From Dimargaris cristalligena (lineage: Eukaryota): a stretch of DNA of 38,070 nt. The notes below the pieces were generated by a model. It made no database searches and was not told the origin of the DNA. It was given only the letters and a program-made list of their open reading frames with translations. A program made the translations under genes and the position numbers. Of this stretch, positions 36,930 through 38,070 are shown in pieces. Positions within the stretch are counted from its first letter, which is position 1. Each line of letters starts with the position of its first letter. The DNA lies in NCBI GenBank assembly GCA_003614675.1, contig ML002364.1, positions 1 to 38,070 on the forward strand, in the 5' to 3' direction.

Positions 36930-37760
36930 TACACGGTCTAACCCAAAAGTTTTGTCACTAGTGCTCTAAAATAAAAACATTTTAAAATATTTACATTTTT
37001 TTTCTGTTTATTCAAAATAAGATCCTTTTTCATCAATACACTGTTGGAATCACCTAAACAATGAGTGGAAGCAGCCTAGAAACCCATCCTCCAAGATGCC
37101 CTTTATGATGCCAGTTATAGCATCTTAGATGTCCTGTATGGAGCTGCAATGCTCCTCTTTTATAGCCAGCTTAAGTTTTGGGAATAGCCAGAAGTCAGTT
37201 AGGGCTAGATCAGGGGAATACAGTGGGTAGTCAAGTACTACCACACCTCTTTTAGCCAAATATGCCCAGATAATTTTGTACTTATATACAGGTGCACTAT
37301 CATGGAGGAAACTCCAGGATCATTACTTCTTGTACTCTGGCCTTACATAGTTAATCTTTGCCAGTAGGTATATCTAGACTCCCAGGTAGTAATGCCCAGT
37401 GACTATTTAGCCTTGGGGAGTGAATTCCTGGTAGATAATCCCTTTGGAGTTGAAGAAAATAGTGAGCAAAGTCTTGATTTAGCTCAGCTAAAGGTGTGAT
37501 TTCTTTAGTCTTAGATCTTCAGAACCTACCTACTCAGAGCTATTACATTGTATTAATAGCTCATATTGGAAGCACCAAGTCTCATTACTAGTAATAATAC
37601 TTCCAGTAAAGCTTTGGTTATTTTTGCCTATTTTCTGTATGTCTAAGCTGTAGTCCACTCTAGATATCATTTAGTCATTAGTTAGCTGGTGGGGGATAAA
37701 CTGGGTGCAGATCTTTTTTAGATGTAAATCCTTAAGCAGAATCCTATTGATAGTAGACCT
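36930..37760 (-). mobile_element. 5'-truncated mariner (DD34D) DNA transposon relic
   Basis: A dead transposase frame lies at 37760-37008. A candidate TA target plus terminal repeat TA|CACGGTCTAACCCAAAAGTTTTGTCACT lies at 36930-36959, about 50 bp past the stop. The CpG-free tract starts immediately inside it. The partner TIR is not visible in the window. Confidence 0.85.
37008..37760 (-). pseudogene. Mariner transposase pseudogene (250 codons, 10 internal stops, no frameshift)
   Basis: Manual translation gives FIPHQLT (WVPHEL motif), IITSNETW (ITGDETW), FFNSKGII, FLHDSAP, YSPDLALTDFWLFPKLK and CIDEKGSYFE*. There are 34 residues between the 2nd and 3rd catalytic Asp. Confidence 0.93.
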
Positions 37761-37861
37761 TGTGGTGAACTTACCACATTTTTTACCTACTTTTATTTTT
37801 AATCCATTTTTCACACTTATCAGAAGTATGCCCCTGACAAGTGAATGAGCCCCTGCCCCTG
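37761..37861. repeat. Right copy of the 101-bp inverted repeat; TGT-starting element end abutting the broken mariner ORF
   Basis: Its reverse complement matches 7-107 at 95/101 positions. The match ends exactly where the recognisable mariner coding sequence begins (37760). Confidence 0.9.
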
Positions 37862-38070
37862 ACCAGATGGTACCGCTGCACCCACACTACCCCTGGCCCA
37901 ACTGTGTCCCTGTTAAAATAATAGCTAACAATAACTTTCTCCCTTTCTTTTTTCCCCTTCTATTATTTCACATTAAATTTATTGGTTACCCAAGTATTAC
38001 CTATCCTTTGTGATTACTAATATGATTATCTGGGAACTCCCTTCCCTTTCCCTTTGCTTAGTCATCCAAT

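Overview
Eukaryotic, fungal genomic DNA with GT-AG introns, CTAAC/CTAAT branch sites, GC-rich exons and AT-rich intergenic DNA. The gene content suggests an early-diverging (non-Dikarya) fungus; a Zoopagomycota/Dimargaritales-like origin is only my guess. The core (about 5.0-36.3 kb) holds nine conserved genes: mitochondrial SerRS, SYF1, SLA2, PRMT5, a 13-exon BAR-PH-ArfGAP-ankyrin gene, a stand-alone TrpF, a UMA+UBA (UBAP1-like) protein, a GCKIII STE20 kinase and UBC13. Both flanks are repeat-derived and contain about 0.9 kb with no CpG. The right flank is a DD34D mariner relic with 10 in-frame stops but no frameshift, and its damage points to C>T changes at both CpG and CpA (RIP-like). A 101-bp sequence occurs in inverted orientation at both window ends (7-107 and 37761-37861, 95/101 identical), and the right copy cuts off the mariner ORF. 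Next to the left repeat zone is a two-exon orphan gene with a signal peptide followed by an F-box-like motif, a candidate secreted SCF-hijacking effector. All gene models were built by hand from splice signals and frame continuity, and no database search was run.
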